A stretch of DNA of 64,000 nucleotides from assembly GCA_024239035.1 (NCBI GenBank), contig JANBVK010000001.1, positions 171,010 to 235,009 on the forward strand, written 5' to 3'. The stretch comes from Patescibacteria group bacterium. GTDB lineage: Bacteria; Patescibacteriota; Minisyncoccia; UBA6257; GWB1-50-10. Below the pieces are notes generated by a model. That model was given only the letters and a program-made list of their open reading frames with translations. It did no database searches and had not been told where the DNA came from. Shown one piece after another: positions 9,153 to 17,694 of the stretch; position 1 is the stretch's first letter; each line of letters begins with the position of its first letter. The position numbers were made by a program, and so were the translations under genes.

Positions 9153-10628
9153 TTAGAAACCTCTCAAAAATTGCACAAGAAGCGCTACCGGTGCACCGGC
9201 TGCACCTTTTGCCAAATAATCACCTTCAATTGCAGTCATCCGCGGCGCAATATCAAGATGAACCCAATTATGACCTTTGATAAACTGCCAGAGAAATGCC
9301 GCACTCGTACTAACGCCTCCGGTGCGATTCTTGCCGGTTGTAGTATTTGCTACATCCCCGAACGTCCCTTTTATGTCCTCCTCATACTCTTCCCAAAGCG
9401 GCATAGGCCAGACAAAATCACCGGTGACCTCTCCGGCTATCCGCAATTTCTCACTCACCCTATCGTCGGTAGCAAAGAGAGCCGACGCGCGCTGGCCAAG
9501 AGCAACTACCGCTGAGCCTGTAAGCGTCGCAACGTCAATAACAAGCCGCGGCTTGTACCGCTTCGCATACTCCAGCGCATCGGCAAGTATCACCCTCCCC
9601 TCGGCATCGGTGTTTAAAACTTCAATTGTCTTGCCGGACATGGTGCGGAGAACGTCACCCGGGCGATAACTTGAGCCCGAAGGCATATTCTCGACCGCCG
9701 GGACAAGACCAATAATGTTTCTCTTTGACTTAAGCTTCGCAAGTGCAGCGAGCGTATGAATCACCGCCGCTCCACCCGACATATCCATATGCATCTCATA
9801 AATTCCCTCAGTCGGCTTCAAGTTCAACCCGCCGGTGTCAAACGTCACTCCCTTACCCACTAAAACCACGGGTTTCTCACTGCGCCTGCCTTTTAGGTAC
9901 TCCATAACGATAAAGCGAGGACGCTCGTCTGACCCGCGCGACACACCGAGCACACCCCCCATTTTCAGTTTGCGGATCGCCCTCTCATCTAAAACTTTTA
10001 CTTTAAACCCTGCACTGCGGCCGGCCCGCCGCGCGGCATCAGCAAGTTTTGATGGAGTCATATCCCCACCGGGAGTATTTGAGAGAATTCTTGTGTGATT
10101 AATCTCTTCTCCTACAACTTTCCCGCGTCTAAGTGCTGCTTTAATCTTCACGCTCCTCCCGGATGAAATAATTTGGACCGCATTTACAAAAAACCAACCC
10201 TCTTTCGGTTTAGTCTTATACTTAACAAACTCAAAATTAGCGATCTCAATCTGTGTCGCAAGCATCTCAGCCACGGACTCACGTAAAATACCCGATTCTT
10301 TAACCAGAAAATCATCTAAATACAGGGCAAGATTACCAATCTTCTCGCGCCGGGCGAGTGTCACCACCTGCCGCATTGTACGCAGCGCCCTTCGGTGATT
10401 AAATCCTTCTGGGACGCTAATCACTAAAACCCGCCTCCCGCGGGACAACAAAAGCACATGACTCTCATTCCCTTCCTGCTTAGCGTTACTTTTAAGAAAG
10501 CGTAGGTTCACTTGGTCCTCTTTTGAGAGCGTTTTAAAAAACGGATGCAATTCAATTTTTTGCTTATCTCTTAAAACAAAAACAGGAGCGGTCTGCCGTG
10601 AAAATTCTTTGGTGTGTATTATTTTCAT
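9153..10628 (-). CDS. pepA: Leucyl aminopeptidase (M17 family)
   Basis: VGKGVTFDTGG, DMSGGAAV, NTDAEGR, DVATLTG and WVHLDIA motifs. Confidence 0.95.
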   Translation of the reverse strand: MKIIHTKEFSRQTAPVFVLRDKQKIELHPFFKTLSKEDQVNLRFLKSNAKQEGNESHVLLLSRGRRVLVISVPEGFNHRRALRTMRQVVTLARREKIGNLALYLDDFLVKESGILRESVAEMLATQIEIANFEFVKYKTKPKEGWFFVNAVQIISSGRSVKIKAALRRGKVVGEEINHTRILSNTPGGDMTPSKLADAARRAGRSAGFKVKVLDERAIRKLKMGGVLGVSRGSDERPRFIVMEYLKGRRSEKPVVLVGKGVTFDTGGLNLKPTEGIYEMHMDMSGGAAVIHTLAALAKLKSKRNIIGLVPAVENMPSGSSYRPGDVLRTMSGKTIEVLNTDAEGRVILADALEYAKRYKPRLVIDVATLTGSAVVALGQRASALFATDDRVSEKLRIAGEVTGDFVWPMPLWEEYEEDIKGTFGDVANTTTGKNRTGGVSTSAAFLWQFIKGHNWVHLDIAPRMTAIEGDYLAKGAAGAPVALLVQFLRGF

Positions 10629-10633
10629 AAATC

Positions 10634-12328
10634 TTAGATAACTTCAGCTTGATAACACTTCTTGCATAATATGTATTCTACTTCCTCTTTAGGGTAATTG
10701 GTCTCAAACTCACTGCCGCACTTGGAGCACACTCGTTTAAAGACTCTTAAATTCTTCACCCATTGCTTGAACTTTTCATCAATGCGGCAGAAGGGACATT
10801 CTCTGGGCAGCGGCAGGTTCATCTTCCGTAAAAATTCAAGCTCCATCTGAATAATCTTAAATCCTTTACCGCACTTTTTGCAACTAATCACCTCTTTCAA
10901 AATATCATCGGGGGTATCCCGGATATGATCAGGTAGCTTGTCATGAGTTATTGTTATCACATACTGCCTCGACTCCAGTTCTCTCCATCGGTAACCTTCT
11001 TTCTCCGTCTGTTCACGAGAAAGTGGGAAAAAGTCATTCGCAACTGTCTCATTGTACGCAAATGGACTAAACTCAATAGGAAAAAACTCACCGTATTTAT
11101 AAACTCTTCCTTTCTTATCTGTGTATGGCATCTCTTCCATGTGCGCTACAATCCTTTCTCTTAACTTTTCAAATTCCTCCTTGGAGTATCGCTTGTTTAA
11201 AATGCAGTAATCACCTTTATTTATCGACACACAACCAAAATGATTTGATCCTGCAAGAGAAAGTTTAGAATATTCAGTGTCGTACAAACCAAGGCCCGCC
11301 TCTTGAGAAAATCTTACATTTGAAGCGTCTTCCCCAACCACACAGCATTCATATGCGAGGGTAAGATTATGTCCCCAGCTTGAAATATCGTAACAGTCTT
11401 TCATCGGCGGCTCTGTGATAGAAATAAATTTACAATCTTCGGCGCCAACTACTTCAAAGCACTCTTTACAGTTTTTTGATTGAAAAACATGGCTGCCGGT
11501 AGAGTTAATCGCAAACTCGTCCATTGTTGGTTTTGGCGGAAACATTTTCCAATGCTCCTCGGCGCGTTTCTGTAACTCTTTATATGTTTTGTAAGAACCC
11601 AAGTCCCACTTTCCGATCTCCTTGAAATACTCTTCTTTGGTATACGGTTTATTGAAAATGTGGTATTTCCTGCCTCGCAGGTTAGCTGATGCAAAACAGT
11701 TCTGGCAATTCATAGAATCTTTCAAGAACACGCAGTCAAGCGACTCTGTTACCTGGCTTCTCGTTCCAACACATCGGTTATTCTTATACGAATGCATCGA
11801 ATCATAACATAGCTCAGACGAATTAATTAAAGAACAGTCAAGTACTGATCTGTTGTGAGTTACTACCACGCCATAAGCGCAATCCTCATCGACATCAGCA
11901 TGAAAAAGAAGATAGCAGTTTTTAAGATGGCCGGCATGGTTGTTGTGGGGTGAGGTTGCAAGAGTCTCCAAACCAAGCGAGAGCCCCAGCATTGGCACTT
12001 CGTGCCAGAGTTCATTGAATTGTTCAAAAAACGGCCGCGAGAAATCATAATCACGCCCATATTCAAATGCGTCCCAATTATCCGACCACCAACAACGAGG
12101 ACAATACACGCGGTACGGGCTCTCTGGCGCATACATCGAAATCACATCTTTCCTACAAAGATCACAAGGGCGCTTATAAAGATTAATTAAATTAAAAAAC
12201 GCAAGCCGCCGTTGCAGACGGCATTTTGGACAAAACGTCGGCGCCGGAACGTTAATCTTTTGGTAAAAACTCTGGTCTTCGGTTGTGACCTCAAACTGTG
12301 TTTTACAATTTTGGCATTGTTTGGTCAT
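10634..12328 (-). CDS. Cys-rich zinc-ribbon array paralog (564 aa)
   Basis: Family motifs throughout. Confidence 0.9.
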   Translation of the reverse strand: MTKQCQNCKTQFEVTTEDQSFYQKINVPAPTFCPKCRLQRRLAFFNLINLYKRPCDLCRKDVISMYAPESPYRVYCPRCWWSDNWDAFEYGRDYDFSRPFFEQFNELWHEVPMLGLSLGLETLATSPHNNHAGHLKNCYLLFHADVDEDCAYGVVVTHNRSVLDCSLINSSELCYDSMHSYKNNRCVGTRSQVTESLDCVFLKDSMNCQNCFASANLRGRKYHIFNKPYTKEEYFKEIGKWDLGSYKTYKELQKRAEEHWKMFPPKPTMDEFAINSTGSHVFQSKNCKECFEVVGAEDCKFISITEPPMKDCYDISSWGHNLTLAYECCVVGEDASNVRFSQEAGLGLYDTEYSKLSLAGSNHFGCVSINKGDYCILNKRYSKEEFEKLRERIVAHMEEMPYTDKKGRVYKYGEFFPIEFSPFAYNETVANDFFPLSREQTEKEGYRWRELESRQYVITITHDKLPDHIRDTPDDILKEVISCKKCGKGFKIIQMELEFLRKMNLPLPRECPFCRIDEKFKQWVKNLRVFKRVCSKCGSEFETNYPKEEVEYILCKKCYQAEVI

Positions 12329-12447
12329 ACGATTTTTTTGCTGTGCCCGTCCGTAGCCTTGGGCGAAGGAGGGTAAAAATCAAAATCCTCCGGTTCGATC
12401 TGAAAAACTGATTTACAATTCTGACAATTTCTAGTTTCGCTATTCAT
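12325..12447 (-). pseudogene. 40-aa truncated paralog (N-terminal CxxC knuckle only) with an in-frame hairpin insertion
   Basis: Manual translation MNSETRNCQNCKSVFQIEPEDFDFY-PPSPKATDGHS-KKIV*; its TGA overlaps the next ATG (ATGA). Confidence 0.75.
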
Positions 12448-12458
12448 AGTCTTAGTCT

Positions 12459-12486
12459 GAGGTGGTATGACATGTTATACCACCTC
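12459..12486. repeat. 28-bp near-perfect palindrome overlapping a paralog stop codon
   Basis: gaggtggtatgaca|tgttataccacctc; 13 of 14 pairs match. Confidence 0.8.
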
Positions 12487-14244
12487 CGTGTTATAGCAGG
12501 TCTCACAATACACAATCTCCTTCCTCTCCGGTGCGTATGATGTCTCAAACTCATTGGGACACCTGCCCTCTGGGTGATGAGAATGTTTTGTGGTGTTTTT
12601 ATATCTTGTAGCTTGCCCTGAGCCTGTCGAAGGGTCACAAAGGCACTGGCGGTGCCATAACCTATTCGGTCCGCGTGCATTGAATCGCCGCGCGTGCCGG
12701 CAATCGGGACAAAGACGGGGCAAAGGAATGTGCAGATTTCGGTAGAACGAAAACTCGTTTGATATAATCTTATAGTTTTTCTTGCAGTTAAGACAGACAA
12801 AAATCTCGCGCTTCACGTCCAGGTCGTGAACATCGTAAATAGAGTCAGGAACTTTATCCCACGAAATGGTTTCTTTACCAAAAGTACCTCTAGGATAATC
12901 TTCCCATTTGAATCCTTGCTTCAACGCTTCTTCTTTCAATAAAGGGAATTGTTCCTGAACGCATGCCTCATTGTATCCAAAAGTACTAAGCGGCGGCGGG
13001 AAAAATTCTCCATAAACGCCCTCTTTTTTCATATCTTCTATAATGGTTGTCTTTAGTTTCTCGAAAGTCCCTTTGTCATATTCTTTATTTAAAATGCAGT
13101 ACTGCCTCTTCCGCAAACCCGCTGAACCAAAGCAGTGCTGAGAATCATAACAGTACATGCAATATGTTAAAAAGCTGTTTCCCCAACATAAGCTGCAACA
13201 AATACATTGAGAGCTATTGAGTCCGGTATTTGTGGAATTATAGACCAATTCCGCTCCCCGACCAGCGGTGTCACAATCAACACAATCTTTGGCGTTTCGC
13301 CACACATGCACGCTGTATGCGCAATCTTCGGCGTCGTATGCGTGAAAACAGGAACGACAGTTTTTTACATTCTTGATATAATTTCCCGTTGTATTAGTTG
13401 CATTCACGATTTCAGCAAATTTTTGAGGTTGCGTAGCTGCAAATTTTTGAAATTCCTTGCGAAGTTTCTCCACACCGCTATACGTATCTAACTTTGCTGA
13501 TTCCAAAAATTCCCCGTATTCTTTCTTTGAAAGCGGTTTATTAAAAACATGATATTGCTTATTGCGAAGGTTTACGCACCCTATACAATTTGATGAACCA
13601 CGACAATCAAGGAGAAAATAACTCTCGTTTGAATCATGACAACCCTTGCTGTAGAAAAGTTTGTACGAATTATAACAATCGTCGGACTCATAAGAGAGCT
13701 CAGTTTGGTGAGCAAATGAAACGTCAACGCAACTTTTACAGACTTGTATCCAATAACAGTGGGTGCAGTCTTCGTTGTTGGAAGATTCAACAATCATGTA
13801 GCAATTCTTGTTATCCGCAGAGATATTAATGTATTCCGAATTAACGCTTCGCACATGAATGAGGGCTACTTTAGGAACGACTTTCCACAATTCATGAAAC
13901 TGCTCAAAAAAGGGCTTTCCTGAAATATAATTGCGCCCATAATCTCTTGGGTCCCAATCGTCCGAGAACCAGCAGTCATGACACCACACGGTGTATGGCT
14001 TGTTAGGATTATACATTGAGACAATATCTTTCTTACAACGATCACATGGACGTTTATAAAACACTCTCTCGTTCCGGAACGCTAAGCGCCTCTGCGCACG
14101 GCACAAGGGGCACATCTGCGGTACTAGAGTCCCTATTTTCTTATAAAACGAAAGATCATCCGGTTGGATGATGAATTGACTTCTACAGTTTTGGCAGGCC
14201 TGCGCTGAGCTTTGTCGAAGTATTTTATTTTCCGCCTTTTTCAT
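12475..14244 (-). CDS. Cys-rich zinc-ribbon array paralog (589 aa)
   Basis: Family motifs; repeat-derived peptides at both termini. Confidence 0.9.
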   Translation of the reverse strand: MKKAENKILRQSSAQACQNCRSQFIIQPDDLSFYKKIGTLVPQMCPLCRAQRRLAFRNERVFYKRPCDRCKKDIVSMYNPNKPYTVWCHDCWFSDDWDPRDYGRNYISGKPFFEQFHELWKVVPKVALIHVRSVNSEYINISADNKNCYMIVESSNNEDCTHCYWIQVCKSCVDVSFAHQTELSYESDDCYNSYKLFYSKGCHDSNESYFLLDCRGSSNCIGCVNLRNKQYHVFNKPLSKKEYGEFLESAKLDTYSGVEKLRKEFQKFAATQPQKFAEIVNATNTTGNYIKNVKNCRSCFHAYDAEDCAYSVHVWRNAKDCVDCDTAGRGAELVYNSTNTGLNSSQCICCSLCWGNSFLTYCMYCYDSQHCFGSAGLRKRQYCILNKEYDKGTFEKLKTTIIEDMKKEGVYGEFFPPPLSTFGYNEACVQEQFPLLKEEALKQGFKWEDYPRGTFGKETISWDKVPDSIYDVHDLDVKREIFVCLNCKKNYKIISNEFSFYRNLHIPLPRLCPDCRHARRFNARGPNRLWHRQCLCDPSTGSGQATRYKNTTKHSHHPEGRCPNEFETSYAPERKEIVYCETCYNTEVV

Positions 14245-14248
14245 AAAC

Positions 14249-15901
14249 TTATGATATCTGAGTTTGATAACAGTCTGTACACATAACTTTCCGGTAACCC
14301 CACTTCCGAGGATAGAAGTGATTAACTTTCCTGGAACAAAAGATGCACGATCCCCGGTAAGACTTTAACACAGTGAGCGGCTTGAACCGTTCACGTGTTC
14401 GCCAGTCAGGATGATGACGTGGAAGAGGAATTCCGTGCTCCTTATAAAAAGCGAGTTCGTGGCGAGCTATATTAAAGCGCCAGCCGGTTTCAGGACAGAT
14501 AATTGCCTGCGCAGTTATATCATCTCCTACGTTATCAATTCTATCCGGCAGGTCATCCCCGCTTATTCCCTCATAAGCTGTTTCCCGAACATCATCCCAT
14601 CGCCCTCCAATTTTCTCAATATCCTCTTTAGTTTTAGGGAAATACCATTGGGCAAGAGTTAAATTATATCCTGAATACGCAAACGAATATGGAAGAAACA
14701 ATCCCCATTCACCTCTCTGCTTCATCTGTTCTTTAATTTTTGATGTGAGTTTTGCATACTCATCTTCGGTATACTGCTTGTTTAAAATACAATGCTTTTT
14801 CTTTCTTAATCCCACACAGCCAAAACAGTTCTCACAATCCTCACAATAATCTAAATATGCCGAGTGGCGACAATTCGAGCACCACACGTTTACAATTGCA
14901 TCATAATAGGTAATCCCTATACTCATCGCACTCTTTTCTGCCCTGCCAATACCGACAGAATCAATCACATCCTTGTTTTCTAATCCCCTGAATACATATC
15001 TGCAATTCTCTGATTTTTCTAAAAAGTAACACGAGAAACAATCTTTACACTCATTGATAAAGTTTCCGATGGAATTAGTAACTTTAACGTTAAAATTTTC
15101 TCTATGTACGGCCTCTCTCGCCGTAATATCGCTGAACTCTTTCTTGAGTTCTTGAACCTTCTTATATGAATGAGTGTCAAACTTCTTAAGTTCTTCAAAA
15201 TATTTCTCCTTGGAATACGGTTTGTTGAGAATATGATATTGCTTATTTCTCAAATTCCAGCACATAAAACAGTTCTGGACATTGCGACAGTCATAAAGGA
15301 ACATACTCTCCATACAATTTCTAGCATCAAAGGCGTATTTCACCCTGTAGCACTTAAAACAGTAGAGACAATCATAAGACAACTCTGAGTCGAAACAGTA
15401 GGCAAGATCAATTGAATTTTTGCACCCAAAAGCGCGATAGCTATAGCTCAAATATTCACTGCCTATCATTGCTCGACACAAATAGCAGTCCCTACATTCC
15501 CATATGTCGTCACACCAATCACAATTTACGTTCTTTACCCCCTGCTGATGGGGGTGTGGAACACTGGAACGCAACTCCCCAAATTGTTCAAGGAAAGAAC
15601 GTGAAAAATCATATTCTTTTCCATAATCCGTCGGATCCCAGGCATCAGACACCCATTCATTCCGGGCATAAATAGGAAATCCAGCACTCTCCGGTAGTAC
15701 CGTAATTATTGTCTTCCCGCTCAAATCAGACTTTGTTTTTCGAAACTTTCCGAATGTCCAGAAAGCTAACTGATGTCTCCAGCGACACCTCCGGCACTCC
15801 TTTGAGGGAGGAGTGCCTATTTTCTTATACAGGTTAAAATCCTCCGGTCTGATAGTGAACCGCCGCTCACAACTTTTACAAGTTTTAATCTCAGCTATCA
15901 T
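14249..15901 (-). CDS. Cys-rich zinc-ribbon array paralog (550 aa)
   Basis: Family motifs, more divergent; ATGA overlap with the upstream gene. Confidence 0.88.
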   Translation of the reverse strand: MIAEIKTCKSCERRFTIRPEDFNLYKKIGTPPSKECRRCRWRHQLAFWTFGKFRKTKSDLSGKTIITVLPESAGFPIYARNEWVSDAWDPTDYGKEYDFSRSFLEQFGELRSSVPHPHQQGVKNVNCDWCDDIWECRDCYLCRAMIGSEYLSYSYRAFGCKNSIDLAYCFDSELSYDCLYCFKCYRVKYAFDARNCMESMFLYDCRNVQNCFMCWNLRNKQYHILNKPYSKEKYFEELKKFDTHSYKKVQELKKEFSDITAREAVHRENFNVKVTNSIGNFINECKDCFSCYFLEKSENCRYVFRGLENKDVIDSVGIGRAEKSAMSIGITYYDAIVNVWCSNCRHSAYLDYCEDCENCFGCVGLRKKKHCILNKQYTEDEYAKLTSKIKEQMKQRGEWGLFLPYSFAYSGYNLTLAQWYFPKTKEDIEKIGGRWDDVRETAYEGISGDDLPDRIDNVGDDITAQAIICPETGWRFNIARHELAFYKEHGIPLPRHHPDWRTRERFKPLTVLKSYRGSCIFCSRKVNHFYPRKWGYRKVMCTDCYQTQIS

Positions 15902-17694
15902 ATTACTTCACTTTGATAACATTGTTCGCAGTATACAATCTCTCTCCTTTCTGGAGCATAACTTGTCTCAAATTCATTGGGACACCTGCCTTCCAGGTGA
16001 TGATCATGCTTCGTGATATTCTTATATCTTGTAGCTTGCCCTGAGCCTGTCGAAGGGTCGCATACGCACCGGCGATGATACAACTTACTCTTATTTCTCT
16101 GGGCAACCCTCGCATTGTGCCTACAGTCCACACACGTCCGGGGCGCAGAAATCTTTTCTACACGCAGGAAATCAAGTTCCGGTTTAATGAGCCGATACGC
16201 CCTTTTACAATCACTGCACCGAATAATCTCCTTTAAAATACTATCCTGAATATCGTTTATGGAGTCGGGTATATCTTCCGATTTCATCGTAATCTCATAC
16301 TCCCGCGATGACGGTTCCTGCCATTTATATCCTTCTTCCTCTGCCTGTTCTTTCGTCAACGGAAAATGCTCGTTGGCAATGGTTTGATTGTAACCAAAAG
16401 GAGAAAGTTCTATGGGGAAAAACTCACCGTATTTATAGATCCTTCCTTTTTTATCAATATATGGCTTTTCACCCATTTGCTTCTTAATTCTCTCTACCAG
16501 CATTTCATACTCCTCTTTAGAATATTCTTTGTTTAAAATACAATGTTGCTTTTTACGCAAACCAACGCAACCGAATAAATTTGATGCCGAATGACAATAT
16601 ATACAATATTCCATATCCCGAATGTCCGTCCATGACTCGACGCAGAACTTCACGTTAAACGTCCCCATACCGGTAACAGCATTCTCATACCCCAATTGAT
16701 TGTTCTGACCCCAAACCGTCACATCATAGCAGTCTTTATTGGGTGGAAACTGGTAATATTGAACATATTTTAAGTTTTCACCTTCTCTAACTAAGTAACT
16801 TTGGCGGACATTTTTAGAGTTGGTAACGTACTCACCGCTCACGTTAGTGTTTTTAATCCCTTGTAGATACTTATTGGGAAACTTCTTCCAAAACTCACTT
16901 ACACCCCCTTTCACCGCAGTAAGGCCGTTCCACGAATGCAAATTCATCCCCTTAATCTTTCTTTCATATTCCTCCTTGGAATAAGGAGTATTATAAATAT
17001 GATACTTTTTATTGCGGAGGTTAACACACCCAAAACAATCACTGCAACCTTTGCAATTCTTTGAAAACCACACGCCGTGACAGTCCTCGCACTGTGAAGA
17101 AAAGTGCGTTTGATAACAATTCTCCAGCCAGAACGAGTCATAGCAACGCTCACACCTACCGATATGTGAATTGTCAAAACAGTTCTTACAATTATCCACT
17201 CCGTTACCATAGGCACAATCTTCGTCCTTATTTGAGTTAAACATCAAATAGCAGTTTCTCAGATAGCCGGCATTGGCGCAATATTCGCTGTTTACCATAT
17301 TAAGCACTGAAAGATTAAATCTTGGTACCACTTTAGCAAGTTCGAAAAATTGTTCAAAAAAGGTTCGTGAAAAATCGTAATCCCTTCCGTAGGAGGTTGC
17401 ATCCCAATCATCAGCCCACCACTCTTTCTCTTCATATAAAGTAACTTCTGATTCCGGAGGATAGAGAGCTAAAATTTCCTTCCCGGATTTTGCGCTCTTT
17501 GTTCTAAAGAGTTTCCGCTCGTTGCGAGACGCAATCCTTCTCTGAAATCTACACTCCGGACAAAACGTCGGCGGCGGGACGCTGATTTTCTTGTAGAAAT
17601 CAAGGTCCTCCGGTTCGATGGTGAACTCTGTTTTACAGTTCTGGCAGGTCGAAGACACTGAGTCTTGTCGAAGTGTTTTGGTTTCAGTATTCAT
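15898..17694 (-). CDS. Cys-rich zinc-ribbon array paralog
   Basis: Family motifs. Start moved to ATG 17694 (MNTETK), ATGA overlap. Confidence 0.9.
   Translation of the reverse strand: MNTETKTLRQDSVSSTCQNCKTEFTIEPEDLDFYKKISVPPPTFCPECRFQRRIASRNERKLFRTKSAKSGKEILALYPPESEVTLYEEKEWWADDWDATSYGRDYDFSRTFFEQFFELAKVVPRFNLSVLNMVNSEYCANAGYLRNCYLMFNSNKDEDCAYGNGVDNCKNCFDNSHIGRCERCYDSFWLENCYQTHFSSQCEDCHGVWFSKNCKGCSDCFGCVNLRNKKYHIYNTPYSKEEYERKIKGMNLHSWNGLTAVKGGVSEFWKKFPNKYLQGIKNTNVSGEYVTNSKNVRQSYLVREGENLKYVQYYQFPPNKDCYDVTVWGQNNQLGYENAVTGMGTFNVKFCVESWTDIRDMEYCIYCHSASNLFGCVGLRKKQHCILNKEYSKEEYEMLVERIKKQMGEKPYIDKKGRIYKYGEFFPIELSPFGYNQTIANEHFPLTKEQAEEEGYKWQEPSSREYEITMKSEDIPDSINDIQDSILKEIIRCSDCKRAYRLIKPELDFLRVEKISAPRTCVDCRHNARVAQRNKSKLYHRRCVCDPSTGSGQATRYKNITKHDHHLEGRCPNEFETSYAPERREIVYCEQCYQSEVI

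Noticed and set aside
5635-16133. Alternate-frame ORFs 5635-5991, 12444-12800 and 15903-16133 sharing TLRQAQGKLQD
   Set aside because: The similarity is fully explained by the shared 36-bp DNA block; there is no independent coding signal.
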